Shown piece by piece: positions 18,697 through 30,400 of a stretch of 64,000 nucleotides of DNA. The notes under the pieces are model-generated. The model was not told the DNA's origin. It saw only the letters and a list, made by a program, of their open reading frames with translations, and made no database searches. The DNA comes from a virus. Position 1 is the stretch's first letter; each line of letters begins with the position of its first letter. The position numbers and the translations under genes are program-made. The stretch is taken from IMG/VR virus record IMGVR_UViG_3300025771_000023, positions 7,934 to 71,933 of that record. The stretch is one strand, 5' to 3'.

Positions 18697-21600
18697 GCTA
18701 ATGCTATGCTCCTGAGGTCCTTAAATCTTGGTGCATGTGCCTGATCTGTTCCGGACATTACAATTTTAATTGTATATCCAACAAAACTGTCAAGGTCATT
18801 TATGCTATACTCATATTCTCTAAATTCATCTTCCAAACTAGCAGGAATACGACGATCTTGCAATCCGCTATTTTTTGATGGATCGACAACATCTAAGAAT
18901 CCATCCGTATCATTATCTAAAGTTAGATTGTCATATCCTGGGAACAATTCAAATGATTGTGAAACTTCACTAGAATCTGGTTTAATTAAACTATAAAGAA
19001 CTCTAAAATCAGCAGATGAATGACGATAAGCACTTAAATATACTCTAAGAGATGTTGCTGGATTTGCAAGTCTAACAGTATTTGAGACATATACTGCAGA
19101 GTGTGGATCATTGGAAATTGAATTCACTCTATTATCACTTGGATAACTTGAAATTGGTTTGTTTAGACGATTACTGATAAATTCTATAGAAGAATTATCC
19201 CAGAAAACAATTGGAGATAAATTTGGATTATTTGATTGTAAGTCAACTTTTAATGTGAATGATTTATTTCTCAATAAATTACTTAAATATGTAGTTTCAT
19301 TTACATCCGAACAGACTATTCTGGTTGAAGATAATCTATTTTCTGATCCAATTTCAACAGATTCATATCCTTGATCAACAAATGAGGTCTCATTTCCTCC
19401 AACACTAGTTCCACTTACTGTTCTAATTTGAGCAGTTACTGAAGTTTGCGAATTTGGATTAATTAAGTCGATATGGGGATTAATTGCATTGAATTGTATA
19501 TTTTCTGTTGCGGTTACATTACTTTCTCCACAAACCAATGATTTATTGAAAGAAAGTAATGGTGATCCAGAGGATTGAGGAGCACTATCTTGATCCGAAT
19601 TTCTATTAATTGTATTTGAATCGAAGTTAGATCTATCAAATACGACATAATAACTATCAATATCATTGCTATTAGAACTAATAGAATGCTCAGTATTAAT
19701 TCTTCTCAACGAAACCCCACCAATCTCATACTTATATACTTTAGTGCCCAAATCATAATCTAGTTGAATAGTTGAATCTATACCTCTTGTCAAACCTGAA
19801 ATTGTATTATCAACAACTGATGTATACTTAATAATTTCATCTTTAATTTTCAAATATCCTGGATTGTTGCCATCAACTACCAAACCTTCAAAAGTTTCAA
19901 AATCACTTGCAGAAGCAACGAGTATAGAAGTTTCGCTAGTTGTTAATCGGTTTGCCAATGTTGTTGGTTTAATGTCACTAATGACATTCGAAATAACTAC
20001 TTTATTTAAATCTGAATACATTCCATGATGATAATGGTCAACTTTGAAATAATTTCCAGAATAAATTCCACCGGTAGGTGTTGATGTATTTACAGTTGTT
20101 GCTGTGGCAACTTGTACTACTCCGCTATTATCATAGTATGTTAAAGTTGCAGCCGCTCCAGCAAAAGAGTCTCCCTGAACATTTGATACGAATAAAGTAT
20201 TTGCTCCTGTTCCAATTCCAGTAATTGTTATTTGAGCATCTCTACCAGTACCGGAAGACATATCAGAAGTTACAATGCCAACAACATCGCCAACATTATA
20301 TCCGCTCCCATAATTTACTGGAGTTACGCTGTTAATAATTCCTGCATTTGCTTCAACATCTAAGGTAAGACCGCTTCCGTTTCCAGTAATTGCAAAAGTA
20401 GAGCACTCATTGTCGCTATCAGTTACATAATTAAATCCACCTGTAGTAATTCCAACAGTAACTACGGAAGCACCTGTTCCAACAATAGTTCCATAAGTAT
20501 ATGGTCTCAATTGTGTTGAAATTTTTCTTCCTTCTGTGAGAATACCAATAAGAGAATCATCTGTTAAAGTAGTAATGCCAAGTTTAACCTCTCTTGGAAC
20601 AATAGTCAGTGGATTTGAATTGAGAGATTGAATATATCCATTACTTACATCTAAAGATGGATTGTGGAATAATACGCTGCCGCTTGATGAAGTGAAGTTT
20701 GCTTTATGAAGTTTAAACTTCATATCTTGATATTGATTTGCAGTCCATATAGATCCATTTTGGGACTTGAAAAGACTTCCGATAGCAAACTGTCTTCCAT
20801 ATTTAATTGCCTGAGAATCGGGAAGATCTCTGGTTTCAATAGTTTTTTCTCCCATTTCAGCAATCCAAACTTCATATTGGTCTGATTGCGGTGCAAGAAG
20901 AACTAATGCATATTCTGAATTTGGTTCGAGAGGAATTGGATAATCAAAAGTAAAGGTTGTTGGGATAGAAGCATCTCTAGATGTAAATACTTGATCAGGA
21001 TTTAAAGTTACCCTATTTCCAATTCTATTGTTTGTTGGTGTCCCAAGTTCAACCTTTCTTATTTCAAGACTGACTGTAGCATTTCCTGAATCTTTATTTC
21101 CAAAGAATACATCAACTGCTGTTAAATAGGCTCCATATGCATCATCACTTCTGATTGCAATATTTGGTGCTTGAACATCTTCGATACTCCCACCAACGGT
21201 AAATGATTGTGCCAAAGGATCGCTGTAATCAACACGAATGCTTATATTCGTAGTTCTTATTGTAAGTCTTTGCCATGCTTGCCAAATTCCTGTAGAAGTA
21301 TACAAGGATTCTCCAGAAGAAATTAATTTACTTCCTGGAAGAGGAGTTTCATTTGTGGGACTAGATGTTAATTTATAAACTTTGGATCCGGTTTCAATTC
21401 TAACTGATGGTGGTGGACTTGTAAGAGGATTTTTCAAATAGAATGAACCGGATAAGAATCCATTTATATCACTAATTAATCTTAGATTCTTTACATAAGC
21501 TACGGTTCCACTAGTTTGTCCAACTAATTGCATACCCTGTACAAGATATCCATTATATAAACCTTGTGCTTGAGCAGATAGACCGGCAATATCAACATTT

Positions 21601-24600
21601 AAAGTTTTTGATGATGCACTATACGCTTCAGGAATATTTTCATTTGTTGAATATGGATTTGTAGTATATTTTATAGATGGATTGTTAAATGGTCCTTCTT
21701 TATGATTCGATTGTGCAACTCTAAAAGTTATTAATCTTTGTCCATCAAAAGAACCAACTACAGTTTCTCCTACAGTAAATGCTCCAGATGCACCATAGTT
21801 TTCTAAAGTAGAATCTGTTGCGATTTCGATTAATTTGGGAATGTAATCAACTCCACTATTTCCATCCAAAAATTGATAATACCTTGTTAATGGTTTTAGA
21901 TTAACAACAGAGAATCCTGTATTTCTGGATCTCATGTAAGTTTCACTTCCAGAAGCAACTACTCGATCAAATCCCCACTGGAATGTACTAACTCCCCATG
22001 AACCTCCAAAAAATGTATTAGTTCGACTAATAATTTGATCGGCAAGTCTGATTGGTCTAACCCAACTATCTCTTTCGGGACTTAATTTGATATTTCCTGT
22101 ATAAAGGATGACATGGAAAGGATTGACATTTTCCACTTTAGTTGCAAAATTTTGACTTATCCAGTCAACGCTTTCATATTTTAAAGTAACTGCTTCTCCT
22201 GTTTTTTGTACGTTATTGTCAATTAAGGTGTAATTATTGGCATAATCTAAGTTTTCATCAGAAATATTTTCTTGAGTGACAAGCTTCATTTCAAGACTAT
22301 TTCTAGTCAATGGAGTTGTTAACTCATTATTTTCAGAATTAATTTCTATATCAGAAACGCCAACATTTATCAAGTCATAATTCTTAAAATCATCTACAAA
22401 AAATCCACTCTTGAATCTATCAAGACCCTGAGCATCTCTGATCTGTAAAGTTTTTGTATTTAACTCTAACAATGATAATGAAGTAACTCTCTCAAGAGTT
22501 TCTACACGATCTTCGATTTTTCCAATATCACGCATAGTATATCTTTTGTTATCAACTAATGTTATTTCAACATCATTTGTATCATAAAGATATGCTGGTA
22601 ATCTGATGCTTGCAAGTTCCATTGCATCATCTAGACTTGCTGGTGGTTTTGGATTTACTGAAGGAATTCCCTTAACAATATTGAGTGTTCCAGTCTTATC
22701 TAAGAACAATCTATCGATTCTTGGTAAATAAAAGTCATATCCAATTAAAGCACTTTCGTTTGGCGAAACTATAAAGTTCAGAGAGTTAGCAAATCTATTT
22801 GGAGTTCCATAGAAAGGAGAACTTGTTGTTCCTGTAAATGGAGATACTCTTGGTCTAAAGTCGAGTGTGTCAGACGCTCTTACAGCAGATCTTCCAATAT
22901 TAGGAATATCTGATAAAAATCTTTCTTGCGAATAACTATTTACTGTGAATAAATCTCCAGTATCTCCAGAAGGAATCGAATAATAATCAAATATAATTGA
23001 AAGTTTTCTTGATGGAGAATCTTGACCTCTCTTTCTTACAAGACGAGAATAATCGTAGAATTGATCATTTTGACCTTTATTTAATGCAAATTTATCGGTA
23101 ATATTTCTATATTGTCCAGATACAATTGTTTGTATTTCTGTTTTAATATTAGAATCTTCAAATATTACAGATTCATTTGTAGAAAATCTATTATTATTCA
23201 AATATACGATACCAAGAGTATCTGTAGAAGTCTTTGTTACCACTCTGGCGACAGTATTGGTTGACCTCCCAATAATATTTTCTCCGATAATTGCATTTGT
23301 ATCTACATTTGCCAAAGAACTAAATGTTATTTGATCCAATACTGGCAAATTATTATCTAAAGATTCAAGAACTGCTAAAACTTTTCCTACATCTGGATAA
23401 TTTAAACTTATTTCATCATCTTGAACTCTTAAACCATATGCCTGATTATTGTAAGTCAGACCATCATTAATTGAACTATTAGCACTAGAACCAGATTGTG
23501 GATTTTTAGAAAGAACTACATTAACTATTTTGCTTCTATTATACTGCTTTGCCTTACTCTGAATACCGTTCTTTACAAAAGTTGCTTTTATATTAGAAAT
23601 TTCTTTATTGTCAAGACCAGTAAAAGTTACTTCATTATTACTTAAACTAAATTTGTCTGGAGTTAAATCATCAATTGTTCCATCACTATATGAAATAGAA
23701 TATCTTTCTTCATCAAATTGCTCAAACTGAGCGGTTATTGAGTTTACACCTAATGTGAAGTTGCCTCTATTTACGGTTAGAGTTCCTGATGAAGGAGTAA
23801 AAGTTGTATTAGAGTCTGCCGTAAATGAAATTACAGAAGAACTTAAATTTACTGAAGATACATTTGAATCTTCAATTTGGGCATACAGATATCCATCTTC
23901 CTCGTTTCTAATTTTTGGAACACCTAAAGAATAAGAACCAGAGAAATTACTTCCTGGATAAGTTCCACTGCAAACACCACTGACATTAGCAATCTCGCTT
24001 AATTCCATTGAAAGTAGTGATGGATCAATGGAAGATACCTTATTATATGTTTCAGTACTATCATCTATTTGATATCTGATAATATCCCCAGTTTTAATTC
24101 CACTGAATGAAGCAGGGGATCCAATAGTTGCAGTTCCTCCTGTAGTAATTTTAATGATACCTGGTCTCGATATTCTATCGAGTTGAGTATCTGCTAAGAA
24201 TGCGGTTTGAAACCCAGAGATTGAAGTTGATTGATGAACAGATTTAATATCCGAAGTTTGATAAGATCTGACAGTCTTAATAGTTCTAGAAACCAATTCT
24301 GAACCATTAATTAAAATCTTCTCACCAGCAGAAAAAGTTCCTGAGGTTTGTTTAATTTGTATAATCTCAGTGTCAGACCCAGCGGAAACTGCATATCCAC
24401 TCGCTCCACTACTCTTACCTTTTATGTAAGATGACTGGGGAACATCTGTTGAACTAACGCTTTGATTTAAAGTTAACTCTGTATATGTTTGTACATCATA
24501 TAGATACAAATCCCAATTAGTGGATGGATTCTGATATGCAGCATCTGTTAAATTGAATGTATATACCTGAGCATCTCCAATAGTAACTCCTGCTGCGGTC

Positions 24601-25883
24601 TCAGTACTATTCTTTCTTTCTGATTGGAGATATACGACATTATTTTGTTTTGGAGATCCTGTTACATTGTTTACTCTTAACAGGTTACCCATTTCAAATG
24701 GAACATTTGAAATAGAGACCGTTTCCGTGGTTCTTGGCTTCTCAACATCAATGATTTCTATACCAGTTTTTTCTATATCATATCCTCTAACATAAGCTTT
24801 GCCTGGAGATAATTTAATACTCAATAAATTATCCGATGGGATATTGCCTTTATCTGTTTTTTCAGTATCAAAGAAGACACCATCATTACCTAATCTATCA
24901 TTTAAAGAATTTTTTATTTTTATTTCAAATGGGGTTGTTGTATAATCTCCAGATTCATCATATGTTCTTTGTGCCAAATAATCTTTAATTATGTTATAGT
25001 TAGATTTAATATCTAACTTTTTGATTGCACCATCTTTAACTCGTAAAATCTCAATGAAATCAGTATCATTAGTATCTGACAACAATTTCTTTGTAAGAAC
25101 TAAAGATATCTTAAATCTATCTGCTCCAGGAGCAGCAAAATTTGTAAATCCCTTTGCATTATCATAAAGAGATGAGTCGTCCTTAGCAGTTATAATTTCT
25201 TCATTGACTTGTAAACCGACCCTATATGAAGGACTATTTGTATAATAATCTAAAATTATAGTCTGCTTTGGAACTCTAACGAATGCCCCTCTAACAAAAT
25301 AAACTCCCTCATTAATTGACGCTGAAGAACCAATTTTTGTTGCATCAGAAGAAATAGTTGTCGCAAAAGTTGTATCAGCGTTAATTGTTGTAGTTGAATA
25401 TGTAATATTTTCAGACGCCGAAAGAGGTTCATTATCCTGAAAAGGATTGAACTCATAATTTGAATCAGAATTAAGATATTTAACGTATAAGGTTGGATAT
25501 TCTACTTCAGAATTTGGAAGTTGTGCAAGTTGCACTGATGCACTAACTCCAGAATTTTGTCCAACAATTGTTTTCCCAACAAGTTGAGACAAATAAGTAG
25601 ATATGCTAACTCCGAATTGAGTTAAGTTTAACTTAACTGCATATAAATTATTGTCAAAGGTTGTACTACCTGGAATAACTAGCGAACCTTCTTTAAAGAC
25701 GTGACTTCCAAATTTCTCTACTTGGTCTTGCAATATAGATTGTAAAGTATTTAATTCACGAGCTTGTATTGGCTTTCCTGGATTGAATAATACTTTATAG
25801 TAATTTTTATCTTTAGCACCTACACCGGATTCTAAAAAGTCATCATAATATGGACTTACATTTAAATTAGTTTTTTGAGCCAT
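18693..25883 (-). CDS. large baseplate-associated structural protein (DUF4815/VrlC-like)
   Basis: NLNVSPYYDDF...VLFNPGKPIQARELNTLQ, RTYDESGDY, RYTMRDIG, RFKSGFFVDDF, DPLAQSF motifs. Confidence 0.9.
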   Translation of the reverse strand: MAQKTNLNVSPYYDDFLESGVGAKDKNYYKVLFNPGKPIQARELNTLQSILQDQVEKFGSHVFKEGSLVIPGSTTFDNNLYAVKLNLTQFGVSISTYLSQLVGKTIVGQNSGVSASVQLAQLPNSEVEYPTLYVKYLNSDSNYEFNPFQDNEPLSASENITYSTTTINADTTFATTISSDATKIGSSASINEGVYFVRGAFVRVPKQTIILDYYTNSPSYRVGLQVNEEIITAKDDSSLYDNAKGFTNFAAPGADRFKISLVLTKKLLSDTNDTDFIEILRVKDGAIKKLDIKSNYNIIKDYLAQRTYDESGDYTTTPFEIKIKNSLNDRLGNDGVFFDTEKTDKGNIPSDNLLSIKLSPGKAYVRGYDIEKTGIEIIDVEKPRTTETVSISNVPFEMGNLLRVNNVTGSPKQNNVVYLQSERKNSTETAAGVTIGDAQVYTFNLTDAAYQNPSTNWDLYLYDVQTYTELTLNQSVSSTDVPQSSYIKGKSSGASGYAVSAGSDTEIIQIKQTSGTFSAGEKILINGSELVSRTIKTVRSYQTSDIKSVHQSTSISGFQTAFLADTQLDRISRPGIIKITTGGTATIGSPASFSGIKTGDIIRYQIDDSTETYNKVSSIDPSLLSMELSEIANVSGVCSGTYPGSNFSGSYSLGVPKIRNEEDGYLYAQIEDSNVSSVNLSSSVISFTADSNTTFTPSSGTLTVNRGNFTLGVNSITAQFEQFDEERYSISYSDGTIDDLTPDKFSLSNNEVTFTGLDNKEISNIKATFVKNGIQSKAKQYNRSKIVNVVLSKNPQSGSSANSSINDGLTYNNQAYGLRVQDDEISLNYPDVGKVLAVLESLDNNLPVLDQITFSSLANVDTNAIIGENIIGRSTNTVARVVTKTSTDTLGIVYLNNNRFSTNESVIFEDSNIKTEIQTIVSGQYRNITDKFALNKGQNDQFYDYSRLVRKRGQDSPSRKLSIIFDYYSIPSGDTGDLFTVNSYSQERFLSDIPNIGRSAVRASDTLDFRPRVSPFTGTTSSPFYGTPNRFANSLNFIVSPNESALIGYDFYLPRIDRLFLDKTGTLNIVKGIPSVNPKPPASLDDAMELASIRLPAYLYDTNDVEITLVDNKRYTMRDIGKIEDRVETLERVTSLSLLELNTKTLQIRDAQGLDRFKSGFFVDDFKNYDLINVGVSDIEINSENNELTTPLTRNSLEMKLVTQENISDENLDYANNYTLIDNNVQKTGEAVTLKYESVDWISQNFATKVENVNPFHVILYTGNIKLSPERDSWVRPIRLADQIISRTNTFFGGSWGVSTFQWGFDRVVASGSETYMRSRNTGFSVVNLKPLTRYYQFLDGNSGVDYIPKLIEIATDSTLENYGASGAFTVGETVVGSFDGQRLITFRVAQSNHKEGPFNNPSIKYTTNPYSTNENIPEAYSASSKTLNVDIAGLSAQAQGLYNGYLVQGMQLVGQTSGTVAYVKNLRLISDINGFLSGSFYLKNPLTSPPPSVRIETGSKVYKLTSSPTNETPLPGSKLISSGESLYTSTGIWQAWQRLTIRTTNISIRVDYSDPLAQSFTVGGSIEDVQAPNIAIRSDDAYGAYLTAVDVFFGNKDSGNATVSLEIRKVELGTPTNNRIGNRVTLNPDQVFTSRDASIPTTFTFDYPIPLEPNSEYALVLLAPQSDQYEVWIAEMGEKTIETRDLPDSQAIKYGRQFAIGSLFKSQNGSIWTANQYQDMKFKLHKANFTSSSGSVLFHNPSLDVSNGYIQSLNSNPLTIVPREVKLGITTLTDDSLIGILTEGRKISTQLRPYTYGTIVGTGASVVTVGITTGGFNYVTDSDNECSTFAITGNGSGLTLDVEANAGIINSVTPVNYGSGYNVGDVVGIVTSDMSSGTGRDAQITITGIGTGANTLFVSNVQGDSFAGAAATLTYYDNSGVVQVATATTVNTSTPTGGIYSGNYFKVDHYHHGMYSDLNKVVISNVISDIKPTTLANRLTTSETSILVASASDFETFEGLVVDGNNPGYLKIKDEIIKYTSVVDNTISGLTRGIDSTIQLDYDLGTKVYKYEIGGVSLRRINTEHSISSNSNDIDSYYVVFDRSNFDSNTINRNSDQDSAPQSSGSPLLSFNKSLVCGESNVTATENIQFNAINPHIDLINPNSQTSVTAQIRTVSGTSVGGNETSFVDQGYESVEIGSENRLSSTRIVCSDVNETTYLSNLLRNKSFTLKVDLQSNNPNLSPIVFWDNSSIEFISNRLNKPISSYPSDNRVNSISNDPHSAVYVSNTVRLANPATSLRVYLSAYRHSSADFRVLYSLIKPDSSEVSQSFELFPGYDNLTLDNDTDGFLDVVDPSKNSGLQDRRIPASLEDEFREYEYSINDLDSFVGYTIKIVMSGTDQAHAPRFKDLRSIALA

Positions 25884-25886
25884 TTT

Positions 25887-27467
25887 TTAAAATTCCAGGA
25901 TAATTTTAACGTCTTCTTTTTGTCTACTGTTTCTTTCAACAGTTTTTCTATTGTCAATATAAATTACATCTCCAGACTTACTATTTATCTCGGGATTAGC
26001 AAGACCTCCATTAAACACTACTCCCAAATTAATAACTTTATTTGAGATAGTTGTAGTTATTCCTCCAAATCCGGTGTCAATAGTTCCACTGAATCCTCCC
26101 CCAGTTTTTGTGATGTTGCCAGAATCACCTTTAAACTTTAAAATAGTCCCATTAGTATCATAATAAGTTCCAATATTAGTAAAATCTATATGACCATAGG
26201 TAGATTGATTATAAAATAGTGATCTATCTTGATAATATTTAATTACTGCAGTATTTCCTTGTTCATCCAAAATATCATACGAAGCAACATATGCTAAGGC
26301 AGTTTTCCCATCAGAAGTTTGTTGTATTTTGTCTCCGGGAGACAGCGAACCACTAGAAACATTAACCTTCATAGCATAGAGTGCAGAAAACTCATTGGTA
26401 GAGTAAACTGTAGTATTAATGCCCGTTGAATCGAAAACTGTTGGATTCTTAACAATTCCAATTTGAGCAAATTTAGTATCTATTGGAAAATCTTTTGTCG
26501 AGTCATCAAATCTTGCATAAATTAAAACTTTATCTGCTCCAAGTTCCTCATAGATATCAAAACCATGCCCTTTTGACGGAGGGATAATTGGGATTAATTC
26601 TGCATTAATTTCTGGCAGATTATTTGGATCTGTTCCCAAATTTATCATTCCATAAGTATATCCCCTTCCACCAGAAATTACTGTAACATTAGTAATTTTA
26701 TTATTATCAACACTTAAAGAAACTTCTCCACCAGTTCCATCGCCAACTATTTTTGCTGTATCGCCATCACTTATGGAATATCCCTTTCCTTGATTTTGGA
26801 TGTAAACTTTTTTAATTTGATTTTCATTTACATCAGAATTGCCATTTGTTCTAATTGCTGAGATTTGAGGATCTGTTGATGTATCCCAATTATTTGGAAC
26901 TGTAATATATTCTGTAGTATCAAACTTTACAATATCACTTGGAGAAATAGAATACAAATATTTCCAAGTATATCCATCACTCAATTTGGTTGGTTCCAAA
27001 TCAGTAAAAGATGGCTCTACTGTAGATGCAGTACCATTTGTGCTTATTCCAGATGATCCATTATCAATACAAATATAAACCCTATAATCGGAATTAACCA
27101 CATAATAATCAGCATCATATAGTCTCAAAGAGTTAGAGATTGGAGATGGATTAAGAATACTATAATCTGACCTATACATCTCATAAGTTAGTCCCGAAGT
27201 CCAATTAATTCTCCGTATTACTCTTCTAATATTGGCAGTCGTAATTTTTTTTCCAAAAAGCATCGTAGATTCATAATGATTTAATCTATCAATATTATCA
27301 ACTGGATTTGGAGTTGTTGTATCCCAGTTACTATCTCTACCATACCCACTAGATGTTGGATTTGTTAATCCAACAAAAACATAATATGAATTTGAAGAAT
27401 CATTGACAGAATCTACAAAACTTGTGGTATTTAATATTCTAAATTGATCCGTTACAAGAGCAGGCAT
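25887..27467 (-). CDS. gp8: baseplate wedge subunit
   Basis: YYVVNSDYRVYICIDN, DGYTWKYLY, SGDVIYIDNR...QKEDVKIILEF. Confidence 0.93.
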   Translation of the reverse strand: MPALVTDQFRILNTTSFVDSVNDSSNSYYVFVGLTNPTSSGYGRDSNWDTTTPNPVDNIDRLNHYESTMLFGKKITTANIRRVIRRINWTSGLTYEMYRSDYSILNPSPISNSLRLYDADYYVVNSDYRVYICIDNGSSGISTNGTASTVEPSFTDLEPTKLSDGYTWKYLYSISPSDIVKFDTTEYITVPNNWDTSTDPQISAIRTNGNSDVNENQIKKVYIQNQGKGYSISDGDTAKIVGDGTGGEVSLSVDNNKITNVTVISGGRGYTYGMINLGTDPNNLPEINAELIPIIPPSKGHGFDIYEELGADKVLIYARFDDSTKDFPIDTKFAQIGIVKNPTVFDSTGINTTVYSTNEFSALYAMKVNVSSGSLSPGDKIQQTSDGKTALAYVASYDILDEQGNTAVIKYYQDRSLFYNQSTYGHIDFTNIGTYYDTNGTILKFKGDSGNITKTGGGFSGTIDTGFGGITTTISNKVINLGVVFNGGLANPEINSKSGDVIYIDNRKTVERNSRQKEDVKIILEF

Positions 27468-27486
27468 GTGAATATTGTTTTTTCTA

Positions 27487-27494
27487 TATTTATA
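27487..27494 (-). promoter_or_regulatory. late promoter TATAAATA (gp8)
   Basis: Exact motif in the gp7-gp8 gap. Confidence 0.85.
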
Positions 27495-30400
27495 TTATGA
27501 AATAGGACCTATGTTTCTTAATCCTTCTCCTCTTCTTTGAATTGTTGGGAATGTTGTCAATCCTGAAGAAACTTCATATGCAGAAACTCCTATTGATATT
27601 GGAGATGCTCCTCTAGTTAAGTTGGATAATCTTCCCCAAGAGAATTTTCCAACATAGTTTCCAGTAGTGGTTGCTATTCCAACAACATTTGTTTGAGAAT
27701 GTATATTGCAAGTAACAATACCCGCTCCTGCATCCAATCCACTAATTCGATAGATGTTATCTACACATGTTGTTCCAATGCCAACTATATCATCATCAGT
27801 ATCGATAATAGAGGTTACTCCATTTCCAACAATAGTATCTGAAACATAAATGTAATATCCAGTTTGCAAATCGCCAGTAGTTATATTAAAATATAATGCC
27901 AAATCTGTTCCAATTCCAACTGTTGTTCCAATACCAGTAATATTTCCATCTGCTCCCTGAACAGTTTGAATATTTGTTATCTCTTCAGAAACTATTTCTG
28001 GGAGAGCAATGATAACTTGTGGTGGTTTTGTTTGAGTATATCCAAAACCAGGATTTGTAATAGTTACTGGAGTAGTTAGGGAACCATTTGAGACAGTAAT
28101 AGTAGCAGTAGCAGTTGTTCCAATACCAACACCAACTCTTTGTGGGGCAGATATCTTAGCAACAACTGAAGAACCAGTATAACCGCTTCCGCCACTTTCT
28201 ATTGAAAGTGATTGAATAGTTCCCGCAGCAGAAACGACTGCTGTTACCGCAGCTGATACTGGATCAGATACTCCGGAAACGATTAACCCATCAAATGATG
28301 TTGGAGTATCATATTCAAAGAACTGGGAATTGTCTACAAATATGGTGGAATCTGTTGTTGTTACATCCTTAATAATCTTAGCAGTAGGATACACCTGAGG
28401 TTCGATCGAATTTCTTGTTTTGTAAACCGGGTATCCATCAATAATTTTATCTACTTTTTGTTTAGTCCAATATAGTGGTTTGTCATTTACTTCATCAATT
28501 CCAACTCCCCTATAAAGATTTGTCTGAATTTTATCAGAATATGCAATGTCTGAAACTGTTCTAATTTCTTGAGTCTTAGTGTCCTCAATATTAATGTTAT
28601 CAAATACTTGAACACTATCCCCAATCTTTATAGTTTCTTCTTCATCTACGATGAAACTGTCTGAGTAACTTCCTCTATAGAAATAAATTGCAACATCATC
28701 TTCTGGTTTTGGAGCATCTGTAAATACAAATGATGTTCCTCCTTCAAACTGATATGATTCTTTTGGTTGTTGAAGAATTCCATTAATAAAAATTATTAAC
28801 AAGGAATCCATATCAATGAATTGGGAATCATCATTTGATGTATTTTTTTCGAAACTCAGTAATTGATTATTATAGAACAATGAGAATCTCTTTTGAATCC
28901 CATCCTGATACTGTTTTATAGAATCGATGTAATCTAATGTTCCAAATTCCCATGAAGAGAATTGATCTGTAAAGGTATCTAAGACAGTTAATTGGAATTG
29001 CTCCAGTGGTTCTGACAACCCATAATCAGTCACAAGACCTACAGCAGTGATAACATCTCCAGGTTTAAATCCATAACCACTTCTAACAACGCTAAATTCG
29101 CTTACCTGGAACAATGTTGAACCAATGCCTGTAGTTTGACTTGCTCCAATTTCAATATTCAACAACAATCCGGTTCCAGTTTCTGTTGTTGTTCCAATAC
29201 CAAGTCTAGAAACTCCAATAACTGATAAATTTTCATAAGATGGAGAAGGTAATTCAACTATTGTCGTAGATTCATCATATCCGCTTCCACCATTAGAAAC
29301 ATTAAATGATAGTGTTCCACCTGCTCCAACAATAACACTAATATCTGCTCCTGAACCACCACTAGAATCTGTAATTGCAATAGAAACGGGTTCTCTATAT
29401 CCAGATCCCCAATTTCCAGTTGTACCGATACCAATAGAAGTAATTGATCCTCCGGCAATTATAGCCGTTACAGAAGCTCCTACAAGAGGTGCATAACCCA
29501 AACCAGGAGTAGAACCAAGAGAGACAATCATGCCACCTCTAGGAAGTTGATTCTGGTTGACATCAGACTCAGAAATTATTTTAGAGCCATCTGTTGAAGT
29601 TATTCCTGAGAATACAATAGAACTAATACCGGCAACGGTATCTTCTTCTATTAAGAAATTATTTGATGGATTATTTTCTGTTGTTGGAGATTGGAAAATA
29701 CCATTAATTAATACAATTCCACTTCCTCCCGTAGAACCCAATCCAGTTGTATTAATTCCACCAACTGTCAGTTGATATGTTTGTCCAATTCCAGTAAAGT
29801 TTTCTGAAATATTGTCATAAATTTTATTTGTAGTATAATCTTGTTTTAAGAAGACTCTGCCTCCAAAAGAAGATCTTGCATCTGGAAGATTATTATCATC
29901 TTCTTCAGATCTATTTTCCAAAACTCCAGTAGGAGGTGCTGTAAAGTGAATTTTGTTTCCTGCAATATTAAACGCACCTCTATACAGAGAAACCGTTGTT
30001 GCGTCAGAATATGTTGAGGCAGAAGTACCAACAAACTCTCTCTCAACTTGAACAAGTGGGAAAGTTCCTCCAAATGATATTGGTCCTGAGATTGAGGTTC
30101 CAAAACCAACATTAGATACTTTCATGTACTCATCACCAATTTTTAAAACGTCATTAGGAACAATTGATGAAATTCCACTCAGAGGAATAATATTGGTAGT
30201 AAATCCAATATTATTACCATTATTATCTACATTGTATTGTAACAATGAATATGATAATGGAGGTTGAACAACATTGTCAATAGAAATAATTACTTTTTCA
30301 TTTTTCTTTACCATTTCAAACTCATGAGCATTGCCCTCACCAGGAGAAACAAAAGTAACCGCTGTTCCTGCTCTTTCTGTTGAGATGCTAAATGTATTAT